DNA from: Patescibacteria group bacterium | Lineage (GTDB): Bacteria; Patescibacteriota; Patescibacteriia; 2-01-FULL-39-33 | Length of the DNA stretch: 32,000 nt | Reading direction: 5' to 3' | Assembly: GCA_041662745.1 (NCBI GenBank) | Contig: JBAZRV010000007.1 | Span: forward strand, 9,180 to 41,179 | Part shown: positions 24,805 to 32,000 of the stretch, one piece after another | Layout of the letters: the number at the start of each line of letters is the position of its first letter | Numbering within the stretch: the first letter of the stretch is position 1 | Program-made: the position numbers and the translations under genes | The notes under the pieces: model-generated | What the model was told of the DNA's origin: nothing | The model's input: the letters and a program-made list of their open reading frames with translations, nothing else | The model's database searches: none

Positions 24805-25044
24805 TTAGGCTATGACCATGCCCAAGATTTTAAAATAATTTTCGTAATCTTTCATAATTGTCGGCAAGTATAAGGCGGCCCAAAGAGCCGGGGCGATCAC
24901 CATAATAATCCAAATGATCGACCAAACCGTTCGCCACATCATATAACGACGGACCCTTTTAATGTCTTCGCGCAGTTCCAAAGTCGCCGCCAAATTTTGT
25001 TGCAATAATTCCAACAATAAATCCTTGGGTTTTTCTTCAACCAT
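24805..25044 (-). CDS. Hypothetical small membrane protein (79 aa)
   Basis: ORF with a hydrophobic core TVWSIIWIIMVIAPALWAALYL, tightly packed between nrdG and prfB. No homolog recognised. Confidence 0.5.
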   Translation of the reverse strand: MVEEKPKDLLLELLQQNLAATLELREDIKRVRRYMMWRTVWSIIWIIMVIAPALWAALYLPTIMKDYENYFKILGMVIA

Positions 25045-25092
25045 ATTATTAGTCTCTATGGCTTAAAGCCGATTAAAATTTAATAATATTGA

Positions 25093-25779
25093 TTATCTTA
25101 TAACACACTTCTTAACAAAATTTCCTGTCAACTGACGAAAAGCCTCTAACTCTTTCTTAAAAAACGGCTTACCGGAAAAATCATTGCCGGCCAAACACTT
25201 GCCATCTTGAAAATTCTGCAAATAATATAAATCAGCACCCTTGATCGCTTCCGCCATAGCCAGAATGTCCGCTCGCTTATGCCACCCTTTAACCAAAGTG
25301 CTCCGAAACTCATAAGGCAAGCCGCTAGACATCACTAGAGCAATGCTTTCGGCAATGCCATCAGGTCCAACGCCGGCATACCTTTCATATTCTTTAAGCG
25401 ATCCTTTGATATCCATGGCAACATAATCCACTAATCCCTTATCCAACAAGTTCTTAAGGACATCCGGCAATAAGCCGTTAGTATCTAACTTGATAGCATA
25501 GCCGAGTTTCTTCATTTTAGCAAGAAACTTCGTCAACCCTCTTTGCAACGTCGGCTCGCCACCGGTAATAACCAAGCCATCAAGATACTTCCTTCGCCGG
25601 GTCAAAAAATCAATGACCCGATCCTCATTATACAACTTATCAGCCGTTAACCCGGGCCTGACTAATTGCGGATTATAACAAAAAGGGCAGCGCATATTGC
25701 ACCCATAGGTGAATATGATTGCTGCCATTTTTTGCGGATAATCTAATAATGTAACCGGCTGCAAGCCACCAATCTTCAT
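25093..25779 (-). CDS. nrdG: Anaerobic ribonucleoside-triphosphate reductase activating protein (radical SAM)
   Basis: CNMRCPFCYNP (CxxxCxxC) and GGEPTL. Directly downstream of the nrdD pieces. Confidence 0.88.
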   Translation of the reverse strand: MKIGGLQPVTLLDYPQKMAAIIFTYGCNMRCPFCYNPQLVRPGLTADKLYNEDRVIDFLTRRRKYLDGLVITGGEPTLQRGLTKFLAKMKKLGYAIKLDTNGLLPDVLKNLLDKGLVDYVAMDIKGSLKEYERYAGVGPDGIAESIALVMSSGLPYEFRSTLVKGWHKRADILAMAEAIKGADLYYLQNFQDGKCLAGNDFSGKPFFKKELEAFRQLTGNFVKKCVIR

Positions 25780-25796
25780 AATAAAAATAGAACGCC

Positions 25797-25967
25797 TTAA
25801 ACCGGCAACTCCTCCGCGGAACAGCTTCGGCAGTCATCAAAAGTCTTGCGATCAGTGAATTCCGATTGTTTGCCCGGATTCCATTGATCAACCGGCCTGA
25901 TGTAGCCAACGACGCGAGAGTAAACTTCGCAGGGTTGTCTTAAAATTTCTTTGTTATCACCTTCCAT
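25797..25967 (-). CDS. Stand-alone NrdD glycyl-radical peptide (56 aa; not in the ORF track)
   Basis: My translation is MEGDNKEILRQPCEVYSRVVGYIRPVDQWNPGKQSEFTDRKTFDDCRSCSAEELPV. RVVGY plus WNxGKxxEFxxR is the class III RNR glycyl-radical signature. The tracked ORF 25673..25909 is in the wrong frame. Confidence 0.8.
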   Translation of the reverse strand: MEGDNKEILRQPCEVYSRVVGYIRPVDQWNPGKQSEFTDRKTFDDCRSCSAEELPV

Positions 25968-26034
25968 ACTATTTTAAATTAGTTAATAATTTAAAATTAA
26001 CGAACGAAACCACAACCATTAATCCTCAACCAAA

Positions 26035-28083
26035 TCATAAAGGCAACTTTTCTTTCTGCTCCCTGATATAACCGACTTCATCATCGCATATCGGACAATA
26101 ACGATGTTCACCGGGTAAATAGCCGTGCTTGGGGCAAATAGAGAAAGTCGGCGTCAAAGTATAATAGGGCAGATGAAAACTCTCGGCAACTTTCTTTACT
26201 AAATTTTTAGTGCTTTCAATATCGGGCATCTTCTCTCCCAAAAAAATGTGAACGACAGTACCGCCGGTATATTTTATTTGCAGACTATCCTGCTTCTCCA
26301 AAACATCAAAAATATCGGTAGAATAATTAACTGGAAAATGACTTGAATTAGTGTAATAAGGCGCTGCCCCGCGTTCTTTATATTGCCCTTCATTGGCGAC
26401 TAAAATATCAGGATAAAGCTCTTTATCTCTCTTAGCAAAACGATAAGTCGCTCCCTCGGCCGGCGTGGCCTCTAAATTATATAACTGATCATCCTCCTCT
26501 TGAAATGTGGCTAATCGCTGTAACATGAAATCCATCATTTTACTGGCTAATTCTCCCCCTTCTTTGGAGCTCAGAGGCTTGCCCAAAAAATTTAAAACTG
26601 CTTCGTTCATGCCGTTAATACCCACAGTATTGAAATGATTACGCCAATACTGACCGAAACGCTCCTTAATATCATCTAAAAAATAGCGGGAGTAGGGATA
26701 CAAACCCATTTCAGTAAAATTTTCCAAGATTACCCTTTTTAATTTCAATGATTGGCGGGCCAAATCCATTACCTGGGCTAAACGCGAAAAAAGCATTTCT
26801 TCATTGCCCTTTGATAAATAGCCGATGCGAGGCAAATTAACCGTCACCACGCCCACCGAACCGGTTAAGGGGTTGGCGGCAAACATACCGCCGCCGCGCT
26901 TGCGCAGTTCGCGGTTATCCAAACGCAACCGGCAACACATGGAGCGGGCATCCTCGGCCTTCATGTCCGAATTGATAAAATTAGCAAAGTACGGTATGCC
27001 ATATTTGGCGGTCATCTCCCAAATCGGATTAAGCACTTCGTTGCTCCAATTAAAGTCTTTAGAGATATTGTAAGTTGGGATGGGAAAAGTAAAAACGCGG
27101 CCGCGAGAATCGCCCTCCATCATCACTTCGGCAAAAGCACGATTAATCAAATCCATTTCCCGCTGGAATTCCTTATAAGTCTCACGTTGCGGAATGCCGC
27201 CGATCAAAACCGGTTCATTGGCCAAGGTTGAGGGACAAACCAAATCAAAAGTTAAATTAGTAAACGGCGTTTGAAACCCTACCCGAGTCGGTACATTCAT
27301 ATTAAACACAAACTCTTGCATGGACTGCTTAACTTGATTATACTCCAATCCCTCATAGCGGATAAAGGGGGCTAGCAGGGTGTCAAAATTGGCAAAGGCT
27401 TGGGCGCCGGCCGCCTCTCCTTGCAAAGTATAAAAAAAGTTAACAACCTGCCCCAAAGCCACACGGAAACGTTTAGGCGGCTTGCTCTGCACCTTGCCTT
27501 CCACGCCGCCAAAACCCAATCGTAATAAAGCCTGCAAATCCCAACCGCAACAATAAACGGCCAAAAGCTGAAGGTCATGAATATGCATCGTACCGTCATT
27601 ATGAGCATTTCTAATTTCCGGCGGATAAATCTTATTAAGCCAATAATGGGAAGAGACTGCCGAAGCCACATGATTGTTCAATCCCTGCAAAGAATAAGCC
27701 ATGTTGGCATTTTCCTTGACGCGCCAATCAATCTTGTTCAAATAACCCTCAATAATATCATTGGAATTAAGCAACTTTTTTAGTTCGCGCAAACGGGAGT
27801 GTTGTTCGCGATAAATAATATAAGCCTTAGCCGCCTTGACCAAATCATCCTTAATCAAAACTTCTTCTACAACATCCTGTATTTCTTCAATTGCCGGTAT
27901 GGACCGCGGATGGAACTTGCCATTAATGATATGCACTACTTTATCGGATAGAACCTGCGTCAAGTCTTGGTCGTCGCGTCCCACTGCTACTAACACTTTA
28001 TATAAAGCGGCGGTAATTTTTTTCTGATCAAAGTCAGCGATGTCGCCATTGCGCTTCCTTACTTGTTTAATCTGCGTTTCCAT
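26035..28083 (-). CDS. nrdD: Anaerobic (class III) ribonucleoside-triphosphate reductase, large piece lacking the glycyl-radical loop
   Basis: N-terminal ATP-cone (KRNGDIADFDQKKI), a conserved barrel, and a C-terminal CPKHG...CPIC Zn site. Ends EVGYIREQKEKLPL* before any RVxGY motif. Confidence 0.9.
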   Translation of the reverse strand: METQIKQVRKRNGDIADFDQKKITAALYKVLVAVGRDDQDLTQVLSDKVVHIINGKFHPRSIPAIEEIQDVVEEVLIKDDLVKAAKAYIIYREQHSRLRELKKLLNSNDIIEGYLNKIDWRVKENANMAYSLQGLNNHVASAVSSHYWLNKIYPPEIRNAHNDGTMHIHDLQLLAVYCCGWDLQALLRLGFGGVEGKVQSKPPKRFRVALGQVVNFFYTLQGEAAGAQAFANFDTLLAPFIRYEGLEYNQVKQSMQEFVFNMNVPTRVGFQTPFTNLTFDLVCPSTLANEPVLIGGIPQRETYKEFQREMDLINRAFAEVMMEGDSRGRVFTFPIPTYNISKDFNWSNEVLNPIWEMTAKYGIPYFANFINSDMKAEDARSMCCRLRLDNRELRKRGGGMFAANPLTGSVGVVTVNLPRIGYLSKGNEEMLFSRLAQVMDLARQSLKLKRVILENFTEMGLYPYSRYFLDDIKERFGQYWRNHFNTVGINGMNEAVLNFLGKPLSSKEGGELASKMMDFMLQRLATFQEEDDQLYNLEATPAEGATYRFAKRDKELYPDILVANEGQYKERGAAPYYTNSSHFPVNYSTDIFDVLEKQDSLQIKYTGGTVVHIFLGEKMPDIESTKNLVKKVAESFHLPYYTLTPTFSICPKHGYLPGEHRYCPICDDEVGYIREQKEKLPL

Positions 28084-28176
28084 TTATTCTATATTTCATA
28101 AATTAATAAAAAACACAGGCACGAAGCCAAAAAAGCATGGGTTGTTTTTGGTCTTGCAAAACCTGTCGTTGCTATA

Positions 28177-28205
28177 ATTATACCTTCAGTCAACAGGTGT
28201 GTCAA
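28177..28205 (-). promoter_or_regulatory. Consensus promoter for nrdD (TTGACA-17 nt-TATAAT)
   Basis: Minus strand has TTGACA (28205-28200), a 17-nt spacer, then TATAAT (28182-28177), about 90 nt upstream of the nrdD ATG. Confidence 0.65.
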
Positions 28206-28239
28206 AACGTTTATTTTAAAGGGTTTTTTAATAATTTTT

Positions 28240-28270
28240 AAAAAAAATCCAGCCTTATCCACAGGCCGGA
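28240..28270 (-). terminator. Intrinsic terminator after ftsZ
   Basis: Minus strand reads TCCGGCC-TGTGGATAA-GGCTGGA (7 bp including one G-U) followed by T8. Confidence 0.75.
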
Positions 28271-28338
28271 TTTATAAAAAATATTTTATATTTTTTGTCT
28301 ATTTTTAAGCCCCTAAAATGTTACCTAAATTTAGACGA

Positions 28339-29682
28339 TTATTTCATTTTTTTTCGTAAAAAAGTGGGGATCTCCAAATCTTCATCTTCTCCTTCATCCA
28401 AAACTCGATTGACCCTGGTCGGAGAAGAAATTGGCATGATTTCCGGCTCTTCCGAATCCATCTCTTCCATATTCGACTGATCTGCTTCTGTTTCAGTATT
28501 GATTTTATCTTTAATTAGTGATTTTGCCCCCCAAAAGCTTCGTTTTTCCATTCCGGCATCATCCGTTAACGATTTGACCTTCACTACCGTTTCCTGATTA
28601 GAGCGACTAAAGGAATTTTTGGTTATTTTTATCTCTTCATCGGCATTTTTGGGGCTTTTATCGACGAAAATGGAATTTAACTTGTTTTTTAAGGGATTAT
28701 TTCGATTACTATCGCTCCTGATTCCGTCACCAAAGCCGGTAGCCAACAGAGTAACCCTGATCTTATCCTTCATTCCCTCGTCAATATTAGCGCCAAAAAT
28801 AATCTTAGCATTTTCATCCGCCCCCTTAGTAATGACATCGGCTATTTCCCCCACTTCCGACATAGTCAAGCTGGGCCCGCCGGTAATCACGAATAGAATG
28901 CCTTTCGCGCCCTCAATGGAGAGATCCAATAAAGGGGAAGATATGGCCATACGAGCGGCCATCTGCGATCGAGTTTCACCGCTGCTTTCTCCAATAGACA
29001 TCAAAGCGGAACCAGCCTCCTTCATAATCGCCTTAACGTCGGCAAAGTCAACATTTATCAAGGCTGGTACAGTAATAATTTCCGAAATTCCCTGAATGCC
29101 CTGGCGTAATATATCATCTATCGCCTTAAAGGCGTCAACCATGGAGGTCTTTTGATCGATAATTTGGCTTACCTTATCGTTAGGTATGGTGATAATGGCA
29201 TCAACGTTCTGTGACAGCACTTCCAAACCATCCTCAGCGATCTGTTGGCGTTTTTTGCCTTCAAACGTAAAGGGTTTGGTTACAACAGCCACCACCAGCG
29301 CCCCCAACTCTTTGGCAATTTGCGCCACTACCGGCGAAGCGCCCGTACCGGTACCGCCACCCAGGCCGCAAGTAATAAATACCATATCCGAACCGCGTAA
29401 AAGTTCGCGGATTTCGGCGGCATTTTCTTGAGCTGCTGATAAGCCGACTTCCGGATTCATCCCCGCGCCCAAACCGCGGGTCAATTTTTGTCCAATAGGC
29501 AACTTATGTTTGCGATCGGCTAAATTATGATGCAGAGCCTGCAAATCAGTATTAACAGCTATAAAATCAACGCCCCTGATTTTAGCGGTGACCATTCGAT
29601 TGATTGCCGACCCTCCCGATCCTCCTACGCCCACCACCCGAATCTTAGCGATGGTTTCAATTTCCGGTTTGATTTCAGGCAT
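28339..29682 (-). CDS. ftsZ: Cell division protein FtsZ with long disordered linker
   Basis: GVGGSGGSAINRM and GGGTGTGASPVVAQIAKE tubulin signatures. C-terminal peptide is DLEIPTFLRKK. Confidence 0.96.
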   Translation of the reverse strand: MPEIKPEIETIAKIRVVGVGGSGGSAINRMVTAKIRGVDFIAVNTDLQALHHNLADRKHKLPIGQKLTRGLGAGMNPEVGLSAAQENAAEIRELLRGSDMVFITCGLGGGTGTGASPVVAQIAKELGALVVAVVTKPFTFEGKKRQQIAEDGLEVLSQNVDAIITIPNDKVSQIIDQKTSMVDAFKAIDDILRQGIQGISEIITVPALINVDFADVKAIMKEAGSALMSIGESSGETRSQMAARMAISSPLLDLSIEGAKGILFVITGGPSLTMSEVGEIADVITKGADENAKIIFGANIDEGMKDKIRVTLLATGFGDGIRSDSNRNNPLKNKLNSIFVDKSPKNADEEIKITKNSFSRSNQETVVKVKSLTDDAGMEKRSFWGAKSLIKDKINTETEADQSNMEEMDSEEPEIMPISSPTRVNRVLDEGEDEDLEIPTFLRKKMK

Positions 29683-29700
29683 AATTATTTAATAAAACGA

Positions 29701-30474
29701 TTATTGTTCTAATTTAAAATTATTCAAAAATATCACAAAAAACTGAGCTAATTGCTGATTTAAAGCTGGCGCAGTCAAGGATACGGTAAAGACATTTTTA
29801 TCGCTTAATACGTAAGCGGTATAAGCGCTAAGATCAGCTGCCAAAAGTTTCTGTTCGCGAATAATCAAGGGTTGGCCGCCTAAAGTGCCGGAAGTAGAGG
29901 TTACTACTTCTATTGAGGGCTTGCCTTCCCAGGCCTTAGCTGAAGTTTTATCCAAGTCAGCCAAATATTTATCCAAACTGACAGCGGTCGGTTCGTAATA
30001 AATAAACATTTGCGTATCAGTGGCTGTAGAGCTATAGATTCTCAAGATTTCGCCGTTTCGTTCTACAACTAAACCGTCAGGATAACGAAAAGAAAATAAA
30101 GTGGAAGAAACTGCCGTCGAACTTGATCTGACTAAAAAATCATAACTCTGCCAATCGGCGGCCGGATCAATCGGAGCTGCCGTCTGATCTGCCGAAACAT
30201 CAGAATCTTGAACATCGGCCACGACATCAGCACCAGCATCACTAGCATCAAACGGCTGATGATTCATAAAATAATAACCGGCAACCAGGGCTCCAATGAT
30301 AATGATGATGATTACCAATACCGTAATCAATGGGCCGACCCCGCCAGATGTTGACGGTTCCGACCGACGATAAGTAGCTGGAATATTTTGAGGCATTTCG
30401 TAGGGATCAATAACGCCATTAAGTTTTTTTCTTGACGCGAGTTTTTTGGGCATGGTTTTAGGCATACTAGGCAT
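29701..30474 (-). CDS. Hypothetical bitopic membrane protein (257 aa) between ftsA and ftsZ
   Basis: Basic N-terminus, single TM LITVLVIIIIIIGALVAGYYF, an acidic linker, and a ~150-aa extracytoplasmic domain. No family recognised. Confidence 0.8.
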   Translation of the reverse strand: MPSMPKTMPKKLASRKKLNGVIDPYEMPQNIPATYRRSEPSTSGGVGPLITVLVIIIIIIGALVAGYYFMNHQPFDASDAGADVVADVQDSDVSADQTAAPIDPAADWQSYDFLVRSSSTAVSSTLFSFRYPDGLVVERNGEILRIYSSTATDTQMFIYYEPTAVSLDKYLADLDKTSAKAWEGKPSIEVVTSTSGTLGGQPLIIREQKLLAADLSAYTAYVLSDKNVFTVSLTAPALNQQLAQFFVIFLNNFKLEQ

Positions 30475-30489
30475 ACGTTTACTTTTAAA

Positions 30490-31740
30490 TTATGGTAAGA
30501 GAGTTTTAAAAATATTTTTAATCTTTCCAATTGCTCCGCTGACGGCCGGGCCATTCCAAGAAAAATTCCTGGCATGGCCGAGATTACTGCCGGTCAAATG
30601 GTCTCCCCAAAGCACTAAGCCGATAGCGGCGGTAAAAGCCGGATCGGAAGCGCGATCCAGAGCCGAAACCAAATCATGCGGGTAACCGATAGACGCGGGC
30701 AAACGCAACGACCGCTTGGCCGCCTCAATAATGCCATCAATTTTTGCGCCACCGCCGGTAATGACAGCTCCGGCCGGCAACATGCCGGATTTGCCGATTT
30801 TTTTAAGTTCACGATCAACTCGTTCAAAAATTTCCTCCACGCGCATACTGATAACTTGGGCTATTTCTCGTTTGCTGAACGTACCCTCTTCCATGCCGCC
30901 GACAGCGGCAAACTTTACTTCTTCCTGGCGCTTGACCTCTTTATAAGAACAACTACCCTCGCGAACTTTTATTTTCTCTGCGGTTTCGGCGGAAATCTGC
31001 GAATATAAGGCAATATCTGAAGTTATATAATCGGAGCCCAGAGGAATAACGGACGTATGCAATAAATCGCCCTCCTCAAAAACAGCCAGGGAAGTGGTTT
31101 TACCGCCTAAATTCACTACTACCACTCCCATTTCTTTTTGTTTAGCGGTCAAAACGCACTCAGCGGCAGCAAGAATTGATAAAACCAGATCATCAATATT
31201 TAATTTGGTACGATAAACGCAATTGCTTAAGTTCTTTATCTGGGCGGATTGTCCTTGAATAATCTGCGCATCAACTTCCAAGCGAATACCAGTCATGCCA
31301 ACCGGATCTTTAATGCCGACTTGCTGATCAACGGTAAAACTTTTAGGAATAACATGCAAAATCTCATAATTCGGAGGCGAGGCCACGGCCTTAGCGGCCT
31401 CAATTACCCGATCAACATCTGAATAAGTTATTTCACCGTTGCTTTTGGAAACAGCGACAACGCCATGTGACTCGGTAGTTACAATATGACTGCCGTTAAT
31501 TCCAACCCAAGCATGTTCAATCGGCTGACCGATCATACGCTCAGCTCGTTCAATGACGGCAGAGATGGAAGAAATAGCGTCTTCGGAACCGACAATAACC
31601 CCCTTGGAAATTCCAGCGGAAGGTCCTTCAACCGCGCCGATGATTCTTATCTTAATGTCGTTTTTGGAACGTTCTCCCACCGCGATCCTAATGGCGGTCG
31701 AACCGATATCCAATCCGGTGATCAAATGGCTTTTGGGCAT
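30490..31740 (-). CDS. ftsA: Cell division protein FtsA
   Basis: ITGLDIGSTAIRIAVGE and the actin-like ATPase motifs VVVNLGGKTTSLAVF and ITGGGAKIDG. C-terminal amphipathic helix. Confidence 0.94.
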   Translation of the reverse strand: MPKSHLITGLDIGSTAIRIAVGERSKNDIKIRIIGAVEGPSAGISKGVIVGSEDAISSISAVIERAERMIGQPIEHAWVGINGSHIVTTESHGVVAVSKSNGEITYSDVDRVIEAAKAVASPPNYEILHVIPKSFTVDQQVGIKDPVGMTGIRLEVDAQIIQGQSAQIKNLSNCVYRTKLNIDDLVLSILAAAECVLTAKQKEMGVVVVNLGGKTTSLAVFEEGDLLHTSVIPLGSDYITSDIALYSQISAETAEKIKVREGSCSYKEVKRQEEVKFAAVGGMEEGTFSKREIAQVISMRVEEIFERVDRELKKIGKSGMLPAGAVITGGGAKIDGIIEAAKRSLRLPASIGYPHDLVSALDRASDPAFTAAIGLVLWGDHLTGSNLGHARNFSWNGPAVSGAIGKIKNIFKTLLP

Positions 31741-31760
31741 GAGTATTTTTAACTTGGTTA

Positions 31761-31789
31761 ATTATAACAAATACTGGCTTCAAGAGCAA
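31761..31789 (-). promoter_or_regulatory. Promoter for ftsA (TTGCTC-17 nt-TATAAT with TG extended -10)
   Basis: Minus strand has TTGCTC (31789-31784), TGT immediately before TATAAT (31766-31761), 20 nt upstream of the ftsA ATG. Confidence 0.5.
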
Positions 31790-31813
31790 GAAGCAACTGA
31801 ACACAATTTGTGT

Positions 31814-32000
31814 TCAGCATTTCCTGCCCGTCAGCTTTAGATTATTCTTTAATACTTTAGATTCAAACTTCTCCATCCGCTGACGCGCAGCAACCGGGAC
31901 ATGCTCATGCTCATAGCCGATTAAATGGGCCAATCCATGGACTAATAATCTAACAATTTCTTGATCCAAACTCCAGCCGTATGTTTGAGCCTGATCTTTG
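31814..32000 (-). CDS. ybeY: Endoribonuclease YbeY, C-terminal part (gene continues beyond right edge)
   Basis: Minus-strand translation gives KDQAQTYGWSLDQEIVRLLVHGLAHLIGYEHEH...RKC*. HGxLHLxGY(D/E)H is the YbeY zinc motif. Confidence 0.85.
   Translation of the reverse strand, partial: KDQAQTYGWSLDQEIVRLLVHGLAHLIGYEHEHVPVAARQRMEKFESKVLKNNLKLTGRKC

Noticed and set aside
25673-25909. Tracked 78-aa minus-strand ORF between nrdD and nrdG
   Set aside because: It is in the wrong frame. The frame starting at 25967 encodes an unmistakable NrdD glycyl-radical motif, whereas this product is nonsense-like and runs into nrdG.
1-32000. Alternative genetic code (UGA recoding, as in some candidate phyla)
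   Set aside because: TGA terminates several well-aligned conserved genes and the small ORFs. RF2 is present and has the UGA-dependent autoregulatory frameshift, so the standard code 11 applies.

Overview
Almost the whole window is a minus-strand run of housekeeping genes from an AT-leaning, small-genome bacterium. Extended ribosomal proteins, mostly SD-less starts, DUF2769, class III RNR and ComEC/pilus-type genes look CPR/Patescibacteria-like, but that taxonomic guess is inference only. Order, left to right: rpsC(partial)-rplV-rpsS-rplB-rplW-rplD-rplC-rpsJ, tuf, an orphan Phd/YefM-like ORF, a plus-strand orphan (234 aa), valS, a second plus-strand orphan (101 aa), fusA, four small paralogous ORFs, rpsG, rpsL, GNAT, M50 protease, rpmB(+), DUF2769(+), ndk, a receiver-only response regulator, a split ComEC locus (MBL nuclease / CARDB secreted protein / TM-less PilC-like protein / ComEC channel), prfB (+1 frameshift), a small membrane ORF, nrdG, nrdD, ftsZ, a bitopic membrane ORF, ftsA, ybeY(partial). 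I saw no rRNA, tRNA, CRISPR array, transposase or integrase. Three loci stand out. (1) A tandemly duplicated two-gene cassette of four divergent paralogous small proteins sits between rpsG and fusA; each pair has a strong SD, is flanked by short inverted repeats, and is followed by a near-identical 60-nt stem-loop element. (2) The class III ribonucleotide reductase is split: its glycyl-radical motif lies on a separate, untracked 56-codon ORF, and the break point carries duplicated junction sequence. (3) A transmembrane-less tandem T2SSF (PilC/GspF) domain protein is embedded in a split ComEC competence locus. A window-wide pattern is that strong Shine-Dalgarno sites occur almost only on the function-unknown ORFs.
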